Below, one piece after another: positions 47,722-58,028 of a DNA stretch of 64,000 nucleotides. The stretch lies in contig OZ025664.1 of the NCBI GenBank assembly GCA_964019335.1, positions 62,001 through 126,000 on the forward strand, given 5' to 3'. The notes below the pieces were generated by a model. The model was not told the DNA's origin. It did no database searches and was given only the letters and a program-made list of their open reading frames with translations. Every line of letters begins with the position of its first letter. The stretch's first letter is position 1. This DNA comes from Diplonema japonicum (lineage: Eukaryota; Protista; Euglenozoa: Diplonemea). A program made the position numbers and the translations under genes.

Positions 47722-49735
47722 ATGGCGTACCGGCAATATGATCCGAGAGTGCAAGACGCCACGGGCATGGGTGCGGGCATGCACATGCAGATGTATATGG
47801 AGCAGGACCCTGGTATAGGATACAGTAGTCTGGACCTAAGATCGCGTTCTGAAATGGACACTGCTGTGCGGTCTAGTTCGTACTCATATGAAGAGAAGCG
47901 CATGTCGAGCTGCTTTACGGAACTTCTCAGTAAAGAAAACGTAATCAGAACTGGAATCACTTCGCTCGAATCCAAGTACAGAAACAGGCTATGGGTGCGG
48001 TCTTTGGCCGCTCCAGGACCCCGACGAAGGAAGTCCTCATCACCTCCAAGGAGGAGCCGGTCGCAGGGACACGACTCGTCGCAGCGCCAGCGCGAGAGGT
48101 CATCGTCAAGGACACGGAGCTACTCGGTAGGCGGGGAGGACGCACACCGCTCGTTACAGATGATTGTTGAGAAAAAGCAAGCACAGGAAAAGTACCTCCT
48201 CTCAAGATCGGAGAGACACGTGAGGGAATCAATCCTGCAGCACGAAATGGTGGAGAGGCAGACTTTTTCACACAAGCTGTCCGGCGAGCGGAGGAGGCTG
48301 AAGTCACAACGAAAAGCGCAGTCCAACACTGATCTACGCACAGGGCTGCCTGCCGCTGCAACCTCTGTGTACACTGGGCAGATAAACCCCAATGCTGTGG
48401 TCGACAGACTGCACAACACCCCCGTCGGAAATATCAGATCGCGCAAGGGTGACGACCGTAGGTCTGAACAGAGCATCAAGCATGAACTTGATAGGGTGAA
48501 GACAGTTGTAGTGAAACCTCCAGTAACACCCCAAGAGCAAGTGTATAGCCAGCCCTGGCAGACGCCTCTTAGTGAGACTCACGTACCTGAGCCGGAGAAG
48601 GACAGGATGGGAATGCCTGTGTTTGCAACCCAGCAACGGGGCGAAAGGTTGACTTATGGACAGCACATCAGCCCCAGCAGGTTTCCCGGCGTGGCAGCAT
48701 CCGGTGTTGCTGATAGGCACCCGCCACTGGTGTCACCTCTGCCAGCTGACCCTGTTCAAGAAAGGAACTGGGCGCACACACAAAGGGAGCAGGCACAACA
48801 GGATGCCATACTCCAGGATGCGATGGTGCAGCGACATAGGGACGCTGAGAGGTTACGACAAGAGCGTGAAGAAACCAGCGCATACAGAAACGTTGAAAGC
48901 GAAATGGAGCAGATGGAAAAAGAACACGCACAGAAGCAAGCTGCCTTGAAGATGGCAGAGCAGGTGAGAAGAGAAAGCCAAGAACGACATGAAAGGGCGG
49001 AACAAGAACGAAAACCCGCTGTTGAAAAAAGGACTTTAAATAGTTGGGCAGGCTTGAGTCAGCGAGAAGTGGAACGCAGCTTTGAGAGATTAAAGGAGTA
49101 CGAGATGGAAGAGGAGAGGAAACAGCAGAAGCAAGATTATTTTGAACGAGAAAAGGAAGAAGAGCGTAAAAGGTCAGAAGCAAAAGAACTTGAGCGAGCA
49201 CAAGAGCGAGAGAGGGAACTGGCAAGGGTAATGGAGATAAGCAACTGCAGTGGCCATGTGAGTACACGGAGAGGGGTGCACGAGGTGAGCCCCACAAGGA
49301 TCACTGACAGTCAGGCAGTCACACCTGGTAGGTCGCCCAGCTTAGCTTTGAGTGATGCTGCAGAAGAGCTGATGCAATTGCGAAACCAGTTCGAGCAGGA
49401 CAGGCTTGCCATGCAGCAAACTATGGACGACCTCAAGCTAGAGCGGGAGATCCTACGTGACAGGGAATGTACCAGGATGCAGGTTGTCCACATGCAAGGC
49501 CTGCAACTCTGCGAGAACGCTGAACAAGAGGTATGCCATGTGCAACGACACAGAACACCGACAGATGCGTGCCATGGTGCAGCAAACAGAGGCCATGTAC
49601 CGCAATCTCATATCGCCCCCCATGCTGGCAAGGCCGACAAGACCTGCCTCTTCACCCTTGCTTACACGCATGCTTCTTGCCGCGTGGTTCGTAGCAGTGC
49701 TCGCTGTGCTGATTGCATGCTACACTTCCCAATAG
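47722..49735 (+). CDS. Coiled-coil protein with C-terminal TM (tail-anchored); intron 49531-49564
   Basis: GTATGC..GACAG intron shifts into ...MLLAAWFVAVLAVLIACYTSQ*. Confidence 0.65.
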
Positions 49736-49797
49736 AATGTTGTACAACTTCCATCTGCTGCCTTTGTCGTGTTGACTCAGTTATCACACAGGTGAAC

Positions 49798-51264
49798 ATG
49801 GATCCCGAAGGTGCCCTGGAAGTGGAAGTGGAGGTGGAGGTGGAGGAGGTTGTTGGAGACAGCTTCGTGTCTGTGGAAGCGGAGGTAGCATCGGTGCCTG
49901 AAGCCAGCCGACCTGGCGAGGAGAGTGACGAGGATGGAGAGAAGAAAGCAGAGTGGAACAGCAGAGCAACACCTACGTGCTACAAGTGGCACCAACTTGA
50001 CCCTGGGGAAGGGCCCGCCACACGGGGGCGGCACACGGTGGGCATCGATACCGTGAGAGGTGTGCTTGTGATGTTCGGGGGACAGAATTATGATTTAAGA
50101 AGGAAATACAACGACATTGCGAAGTTCGACCTCAACACCGACAGATGGCACTCCGTGAGCGAGCACGATGCAGAGAACAACGTGCCCTGCCCCCGTTCCT
50201 CCCACGCCAGCATTGCAACTAAAGATGCTCTCTACATCTTCGGTGGTGCAACAGGCAAGTCCTTCATGGCATCCCCTGGGTGTTGTAAAGATGCTTCCAC
50301 CTGGCGCTACTCTTTTACCGACGGATCATGGCAGAAGGTTGAGGCCAAGGGTCTGGACGCCGTGTCATCGAGGTACGGCCACACGACAGTGCTCACCCCA
50401 GGTGATGTGGTGTATTTATTCGGCGGGATGACCGACTCGGGGTGTGACTGGAACACCTTCAGGATCGATCTTGTGAACAAGACCGTTGAGCGTCTGGAAT
50501 GCTCCTTCGTGGGCTCTGCGGGTGACGTATGCGGGCCCTTCCCTAACTCCGCGTCCCTGTGCAGCGACACGTGGACACACCCGGTTCTGGATGACGGCAA
50601 GAAGAGAAGCGCACAACAAGTACGGGATTGCGTACGGGGGTTCGGACACACTGCAATATACAACCCCTTCACTGACTCCATGTACGTGCTGGGAGGGACT
50701 GTAGATGGGAGAAACTATCATTCAACTTTCCTAAGGCTGGACCTGAAAACCCGCCGCTGGATGTTAGAGGAGTCCCTGAACAAGCCGCCTGAAGGGCGCT
50801 ATGTGCACTGCGCGTCTTTCGACGAAAACAGAAACGCGATGTACGTCTTCGGGGGGTACTGCGGGACGTACAGAAACGACGTTCATGAGTACGATTTCAA
50901 CACAAAGAAATGGGCGGAGATCAAGCCACACCCATCGTCCCCAGAAGGCCCGTGCCTGAGGTCTGGAGCCTGCTCTGTTGTGTGGAAAGACCATGTGTAC
51001 ATCTTCGGGGGGTGTGATGACAACAGGTATTTTTTTTCTTTTTTTTTTTGTTGCTTGTCCTAACGGAACCAATGCCTCAGGTATTACAACGATGTGTGGA
51101 AGCTACGGTTGTGGAATGACACGATAAGCTTGAAAGAGACGATGCTCGACTGGGTGGCCTGGCAGCAGGCAAAAGGTGACATGGATGTGATCGAAGCCTC
51201 ATCCCCCCTTGGGATCACTGACAGCTTGCGAAGAAGGAAGGAAGAGTTTGGGGTATGCCTGTGA
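49798..51264 (+). CDS. Kelch-repeat protein; intron 51028-51080
   Basis: Repeated R.GH / FGG / W motifs; own CACACAG acceptor before the ATG; spliced ..NRYYNDVW. Confidence 0.85.
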
Positions 51265-52704
51265 CATGGGAGAGAGAAAAAAAAAAGAAAAAAAAAAACA
51301 GCTTATTGTCGAAAGGGTTCCACGCTCGAGTAAACGAGAAGCACGAATGTAGGAAATAAAGGGAAGGAAAAAAAAAAGTAAATAACGCGAATCGTCGTGG
51401 CAAAAAAAAGAGAAGAAAAAAAAGGGGTAAAGAAGAAAAGAAGAAAGTTGGGGGATTTTTTGAGTCTATAATAAATCCTACACACACGGAAAAAAAGAGA
51501 GAAAAAAAAAAGAAGAAACACAATCGATTGAGGGCTATCTCATGGCAAGCAAACCCCCTCTCCCCCCTACGCATCTATTGTTCTTTTCCCCCTTCCTCTT
51601 TTTCTTCGCCCCCCCGAACTGCAGCCACTGCCCCCCCCCAGTTTTTTATTGTCTTGAATTGTATGTACCCCTTTTTATTTTTATTTTTAGAGGCTGTCCT
51701 CGAGTGGGATTGTCTTTTACTATGAGTTATTTTTATTTTTTTACTTTCTCTCCTTCCCCGTTCCGTCATTGGGCAAAGGCGGGTGGGGGAGGGGGGAGGG
51801 GCGGAGAGAAAAAAAAAAACCTGATCTTTCTATTTCTTTTGTTATGTTTCTTCCCCCTCCCATTCCCTTGTAGTGCTATCTGAGGTGCTTTGGTACGTGT
51901 GCATCTTGCAGTTATTTTTGAGTCGTATTTGTTTACATAAAGAGGACGCACTCTAGAAGCAACAGCACAACACCACTTGGAGTCAATCTGAACAGACGAA
52001 GTAGGAAGGGCATACGATTGCACCCCTTTTTTTTCTTGTTCCACCTTGCCTGGACTATCCTTTGAATGGAAAAAACAAAAAAAAGAAAAGAAAAAAAAAA
52101 CGTAGCGACATTCCCTTTCCCATTTGATAGTCACTACAAATGTATCATACAGTCAGAGGCTGAGAAAAAAAAAGTGAGAGAAAAAAGAAAAAAAAAAAAA
52201 AAACATGCATAAGTTCTGGCTACGTAAAATACAAGCTTAGGAAGAGCTTTTGCTTCTCTTCCTCCCCCCCCCCCCCCCCCACCGCACATGTAATACAAAG
52301 AAGAAAAGAAAAAAGAAGAACCTATACCGACATTATTTAAAGATCCCTTCGCGCTTCTTTTCATGTTTTTTTTTTGTGCCTCATTTTCGCCTATCTTACT
52401 TTTCTTCTTTTTTGCGAGAGAAAGGGGGGGGGGGGATTTTGCGGAAAAGCAAAAAAAAAAGAGAGGATTTTTAAAAAGGATTTTCCAGGTCAGTTGTCTC
52501 TCCCCCCCCCCCCCCCCGCCCTTCCTCCCCGTTTCCACTGTTTTAAGGGACTGGCCCTTGTTTGGTTCAAAAAGAAGCTCTTTGGGTGACCCCATTATAG
52601 CGGAGCTTCCATGTATTGTACTTCTCCTTCATTCTCTTATTATTATCTCGGTTTTGTCTAAATGCAAAGAGAAAAAAAAAGAGAATTATTTCACAGGCCA
52701 CACA

Positions 52705-55248
52705 ATGGAAGTGGGTGGGATGCAATTAGTACCCAGCTGGAAGAGCGGAGTGCTGAAGAAGTTAGGAGGAATGGGCGGGAAGGCGATGCAGTCCAGGTGG
52801 TTTGAACTACGTGGGAATGAGATGGTGTACTACACGGAGCAGCCTAAGGGGACCATCGACCTGGGGCGGCCTGTCACAATCACAGAAGATGACGACAACC
52901 AGACGTGGACTATACACGGGCAGCACCTTGCTCACTCCTACACCCTTAGTGCCCCCGACCCCGCCACACGTGCTGCGTGGCTTAAACAAATAAGAAGGTC
53001 CATGACCGGCCCCCGTCGTGGTGAAACCGAGCAGAGGATCCACACGCTGGAGTGCGAACGCGAGGCCCTTATCGCTACCTCAGAGCAGCTCGGCCACGAG
53101 GTGCACAGCAGAGAGGAGACCATCAAGCAGCTCACCGATACCAACTCCAACCTCTTCCGGTCCACAGAAGACCTTTCCGAAAAGCTAGAAAACGAGAAGC
53201 ACGAACACCGCACCACAAACACCTCGCTGAACGACAAGACAGCTGCAGTGGCCGCCCTGACGAACACCGTTGACGCACAAAAAGCACAAATATCAAAAAT
53301 GCAGGCTGCCCTCCAGACAGCAAAAACAAAAAGCGACACAATGGCCGCTAAGGCTGCCAAGTTCGACGCTTCGTATGCAACACTGCAAGAGCAGCTGGAA
53401 GCGCTCACTAATAGCATGCAGGAAGACAACGACAGGGCAGCAGCGAGACTGAGGACCTCCGAGGCGGAAGCTGCCTCGCAGCTCGAAACAGAGCAAGAGC
53501 GATTTTTTGCGGAGCTGCAAGCAGCAAAGGCACTGGCGGCGACGAAAGATAAGGAAACGATGCGTTTGGTGCAAGAGGTAAAAGACCAGAACACAACCCT
53601 CAGTGCGCTGGAAGGAGAGGTCAGACGGAAAGCTGATCATATCAACACCTTGGAGGCACAACTAGATCACCAGAAGGAATCTGCGAGTAAAGCCATTAAA
53701 TCAATCGAAGAGGAGGCTAGGGCTAAAGCGCGTCAGTCGTGCCTGCAACAGCCACTGGTCCTTGCCGTCAAGGAGGAGGAACCGGTGGGTGCCCTGTACA
53801 GCGTCCTCGCAGAAGAAGGCGTCGCAGTTCTCGGTGCAAATGGTGAGTGCGTGGCACGACTTCCTAGAGACACCGCCGCTGAGGGCACTGCGAAGGGTGG
53901 TGTTTTGAGCATCACTGCACCTTGCACGGGACACATTCGAGAATTCGAAGGTCTCGTGGAGAAGGCAGCGAAGTGGGACCCCCTACCCGCAGCGGACATG
54001 GAGGAGGGCCAATCTGCATCCATTGCTGTGGTTAAGCATGACCACATCGCAGGCTGGGTCGAAGGTCGGGTGCTCAGCCTCAGCGACACAGGGTACACGG
54101 CCTACGTCAACAACAACAGGGTGGCCTCTGTGTTCGGGTTGGCACGGTGTAAGGTGTCCGTACGAAAGACCGAGCTGAGGGAGAGAGCTCCTAAGTGGGC
54201 ACTGTACGATGCACCCGACAGTTCAAGAACTGCCTCGAGTAGTGCGTACGACCACGGGCCTGGTTTCGGGTGCCACCGAGGTAGACTGGACAGCACTTTT
54301 GCTTGGGTAGCTGCTGAGGAGGACACCGAGCCGTGGTATCAGATCGACACTGGCGTTCGGCAGGCTGTGGGAGGTGTCGTGGTGGGTGGCTACTGGGACC
54401 TTTTCGAGGCGTACCTTACGCAGCTGGAAGTACACATCAGCAAAGACAACAACAAGTGGGCAGCACACAGCCTGCACGACGTGGACCTCTCAGAAGGGAA
54501 GGTTGACACCATCAAGTTCGACGAGTACGTTGTTTCGAGGTACATAAGAGTGGTTCCGAAGGTGTGGTACGGCGCAGCGCCTGCTATGAAAATGGGCGTG
54601 TTGGTGGACAACAGCGAGAAGCAGGAGGAGTTTGGTGGTGAGGCTTATGCACACCTGAAGCACAATAAATGGATGCGAGACGCTAAAACGGACTTAGCAC
54701 TGCTGGAGATCGAGGAGCGCCAGAAGGAACTGGTTGCCATGCACGCCGAGCTGGACAAAGGACGCAGCGGGCTTGACGCGGACATGAATGACTTCATGCG
54801 AACAAAGGCAAAACTCGCAGAGGCCAATGCAGATCTGACGCGAAACATATACACGCTGAAGGAGAAAGGCACGATGACCGTACGGCGCACAGTGCTCTTG
54901 GACCCCGAGGAGCTGTTGGAAGGCGTGGAATTAGCTGGGATAGAAGTGGCATCTGCAGTAAGCGGCCCTCTTGAGGTGGACATGAAGATTGTCAGCGTAA
55001 AGGGAACTGACGTGTTCACGGAAAACGAAGTCCGCAGCATCGTAGCTGACGAGGCACGCACCACACCGAACCAACCGGTGCCGCTTATAGTTACTTACGA
55101 GAACGAGACTGCCTTTGTGCAGAACCTCAAGGAGGAGATTAGCCTCCTCAGAGATGAGATAAAGAGGCAACATACATCCATCAACCACCTAGAAGGCAAG
55201 GCAAAGAGGGCCCTCGCTTCACAACACTCCGACGAAGTGGTGTTCTAA
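52705..55248 (+). CDS. PH domain, coiled coil, F5/8 type C (discoidin) and degenerate PDZ-like protein
   Basis: KSGVLKK..QSRWFELRG...AAWLKQIR (PH); GRLDSTFAW..EPWYQID..SRYIRVVPKVW..MKMGV (discoidin). Confidence 0.8.
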   Translation: MEVGGMQLVPSWKSGVLKKLGGMGGKAMQSRWFELRGNEMVYYTEQPKGTIDLGRPVTITEDDDNQTWTIHGQHLAHSYTLSAPDPATRAAWLKQIRRSMTGPRRGETEQRIHTLECEREALIATSEQLGHEVHSREETIKQLTDTNSNLFRSTEDLSEKLENEKHEHRTTNTSLNDKTAAVAALTNTVDAQKAQISKMQAALQTAKTKSDTMAAKAAKFDASYATLQEQLEALTNSMQEDNDRAAARLRTSEAEAASQLETEQERFFAELQAAKALAATKDKETMRLVQEVKDQNTTLSALEGEVRRKADHINTLEAQLDHQKESASKAIKSIEEEARAKARQSCLQQPLVLAVKEEEPVGALYSVLAEEGVAVLGANGECVARLPRDTAAEGTAKGGVLSITAPCTGHIREFEGLVEKAAKWDPLPAADMEEGQSASIAVVKHDHIAGWVEGRVLSLSDTGYTAYVNNNRVASVFGLARCKVSVRKTELRERAPKWALYDAPDSSRTASSSAYDHGPGFGCHRGRLDSTFAWVAAEEDTEPWYQIDTGVRQAVGGVVVGGYWDLFEAYLTQLEVHISKDNNKWAAHSLHDVDLSEGKVDTIKFDEYVVSRYIRVVPKVWYGAAPAMKMGVLVDNSEKQEEFGGEAYAHLKHNKWMRDAKTDLALLEIEERQKELVAMHAELDKGRSGLDADMNDFMRTKAKLAEANADLTRNIYTLKEKGTMTVRRTVLLDPEELLEGVELAGIEVASAVSGPLEVDMKIVSVKGTDVFTENEVRSIVADEARTTPNQPVPLIVTYENETAFVQNLKEEISLLRDEIKRQHTSINHLEGKAKRALASQHSDEVVF

Positions 55249-55403
55249 ATGCTTTGCTTGTTTCGCTTGACTGTCATCTTTCCTATCTGTGCCGACCGCG
55301 GTCTGGCCCTTGCATTTCTTTCTGTAGTTACGTTGTTGTATAATGTTTTTCTTTTTCTTCTATTTTCCTTATTTAAGGACGCCCTCCCCCACAGCCCCCT
55401 CGT

Positions 55404-55490
55404 GTGATGAGAAATTCCGTTTAATAGTCTTCTTTCCAATGAAAATCATTTCCTGATTCCAACAACAGATAGCTGACAGTTTCATTCTGA
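55404..55490 (+). ncRNA. Box C/D snoRNA family A, copy 1 (others 55691-55777, 56271-56357, 57247-57333, 57844-57931)
   Basis: GTGATGA box C, CTGA box D, ATGA D' preceded by GTCTTCTTTCC, complementary to conserved LSU rRNA GGAAAGAAGAC. Confidence 0.85.
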
Positions 55491-55533
55491 AGACGTTTTC
55501 TTTTGCATCCCTGGTATTTCCATCTTTGATTCT

Positions 55534-55630
55534 CTGATTAAAACACTTTACTTGACATTACTACCTGTCTTAGGTGAGGGGAGGCGAAGCCCCCCTTCTC
55601 CCTGTGCTGATCACTTACCCGCGCTTATGA
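55534..55630 (+). ncRNA. Box C/D snoRNA family C, copy 1 (others 55870-55966, 56135-56232, 57426-57522, 57710-57807)
   Basis: CTGATTA box C variant; ATGA box D preceded by TTACCCGCGCTT, complementary to LSU AAGCGCGGGUAA; TTGACATT complementary to the neighbouring LSU AAUGUCAA. Confidence 0.85.
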
Positions 55631-55998
55631 GAAGCCGTCTTGTGGGCAGGAACCGCTCATGCATGCACAATGTGGATGATGTCGTGTCCAGTGATGAAAA
55701 ATTCCGTTTAATAGTCTTCTTTCCAATGAAAATCATTTCCTGATTCCAACAACAGATAGCTGACAGTTTCATTCTGAAGACAGACAAAGCCGCACCTTCC
55801 ATCCCCCGATTGCCGTCTTTCCAAAAACCCAAGTTCCACGTTGTGCTTTCCCGCCCTTTCACGTGTTCTCTGATTAAAACACTTTACTTGACATTACTAC
55901 CTGTCTTAGGTGAGGGGAGGCGAAGCCCCCCTTCTCCCTGTGCCGATCACTTACCCGCGCTTATGAGAAGCAGCCTTGCGAGCAGGAACCGCTCCGAA

Positions 55999-56097
55999 GT
56001 GATGACATTGAATACACCGCAACGGTCTGAGTCCTGTCACGAGGATTAGAAACGTATTGACGTCTGGGAGGCCTCTTTTGGTCTCTTGGGCAGCTGA
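55999..56097 (+). ncRNA. Box C/D snoRNA family B, copy 1 (copy 2 at 57555-57653); target not identified
   Basis: GTGATGA, internal CTGA, terminal CTGA, terminal stem TCCGA/TCGGA. Confidence 0.7.
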
Positions 56098-56468
56098 TCG
56101 GAATAATTTTCTTTTTGCTTTTTTTTTCTTGCCACTGATTAAAACACTTTACTTGACATTACTACCTGTCTTAGGTGAAGGGGTCAACAAGGCCTCCTTC
56201 TCCCAATGCCGATCACTTACCCGCGCTTATGAGGCACTCTCTATGTCGGGGGGGGGGGGGCACGTGTCCAGTGATGAGAAATTCCGTTTAATAGTCTTCT
56301 TTCCAATGAAAATCATTTCCTGATTCCAACAACAGATAGCTGACAGTTTCATTCTGAGAACCGATTTATGGGAAAAGGGAAAGCAAAGAATGAAAGAAGA
56401 ATTTTGACAATCAGCACCAAAACCCGCTTCAGGTCTTTGTCGAAAAACAAAAAAGAGAAGGGAAAAAG

Positions 56469-56527
<59 letters not shown>

Positions 56528-56556
56528 ACACAAGAAACCATGCTCCAGTTTGCTGT

Positions 56557-57015
56557 TGTCCTTCCTCACTGCTTGCGATGAGCAAGTGGAGGCGGGGAGT
56601 GGGTCGTGCTCTGGGGGGAAAGTACCCTGCCTCCGACTCGTGCCGTTTTCGACGCTGCAAGGAAGAGGATGTGAAGGCCTGGCCCGCGCCGAAGGGACGA
56701 GCTGCAGCGACGGGGACTCGCGCACTCACTGAGACAGGTGCTGCGAGACATCCTCTTCTGCTCCCACTCTCTGTCCCTCCGCTGCTCCGATCGCATGCAA
56801 GCCGTGAAGGTCGCCTGAAAACTCGTATCGAAAAGCGTCGTGTGCGAGGCAGGTTCTGTGGTGCCCAATGCGAGGCGGCAGGTATTCGAACTGGTGCAGT
56901 CGTGCCCATTCAGGTGGAGGCCTGGAGAGGTTGTGGTGGTCACGGCGGTGGCATGAACGGGTGGAAGGTCAAGTCTGTGCGGCGAAGGACACCCTGTGAG
57001 GTACTAGATCCCCGC
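56557..57015 (+). ncRNA. Candidate large structured RNA (RNase MRP/P-like)
   Basis: GGAAAGTACC motif and several nested long-range helices; lies inside the snoRNA cluster. Confidence 0.45.
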
Positions 57016-58028
57016 TTTGCGTTGTCCACACCAGACACAAGGCCCTTCCTCCTCTTTAACACATATTAAATTACAAACATCGGAAGCTTTTTTCCAAACG
57101 CCGATGTTGTGTACCCACCCGGTTGCGGCGCAATCTTATCTAATCTGGACGAAAACTTGGGAGTCTCACCATCTCGTTTACTCTTCTTTTTCTTATTGAT
57201 ATTTATTCTTTTTCTGCAGTTCTGTCGAGAATGCTTGCTGTGTCCAGTGATGAGAAATTCCGTTTAATAGTCTTCTTTCCAATGAAAATCATTTCCTGAT
57301 TCCAACAACAGATAGCTGACAGTTTCATTCTGAAGACAGACAAAGCCGCACCTTCCATCCCCCGATTGCCGTCTTTCCAAAAACCCAAGTTCCACGTTGT
57401 GCTTTCCCGCCCTTTCACGTGTTCTCTGATTAAAACACTTTACTTGACATTACTACCTGTCTTAGGTGAGGGGAGGCGAAGCCCCCCTTCTCCCTGTGCT
57501 GATCACTTACCCGCGCTTATGAGAAGCAGCCTTGCGGGCAGGAACCGCTCCGAAGTGATGACATTGAATACACCGCAACGGTCTGAGTCCTGTCACGAGG
57601 ATTAGAAACGTATTGACGTCTGGGAGGCCTCTTTTGGTCTCTTGGGCAGCTGATTGGAATCATATTTTTGTTTCTGTTTTTTGCTTTCTTTGCTTTTTTT
57701 TTCTTGCCACTGATTAAAACACTTTACTTGACATTACTACCTGTCTTAGGTGAAGGGGTCAACAAGGCCTCCTTCTCCCAATGCCGATCACTTACCCGCG
57801 CTTATGAGGCACTCTCTATGTCGGGGGGGGTGCCACGTGTCCAGTGATGAGAAATTCCGTTTAATAGTCTTCTTTCCAATGAAAATCATTTTCGTGATTC
57901 CAACAACAGATAGCTGACAGTTTCATTCTGAGAACATTCTTAATAATCCGATTTGCTTTGTGATAGTTCACTCTGCCACTTTGCTGAATAGCCACAGCCA
58001 ACAGGCATCACGATGACATGAACATGGA

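Noticed and set aside
47722-51063. 1113-aa ORF as a single coiled-coil/kelch fusion
   Set aside because: An intron at 49531-49564 leads to a TM tail and stop at 49735, and the kelch gene has its own acceptor and ATG at 49798. The linking stretch is not protein-like.
52363-52704. N-terminal extensions in the ORF track (also 25772-25912, 40612-40731)
   Set aside because: These are low-complexity intergenic sequence upstream of the acceptor AG and true ATG.
56349-57069. ORFs 56368-57069 (+) and 56349-56909 (-) as proteins, or the segment as telomerase RNA
   Set aside because: The ORFs cross a ~55-nt poly(A) and lack motifs. No CCCTAA-type template was seen.
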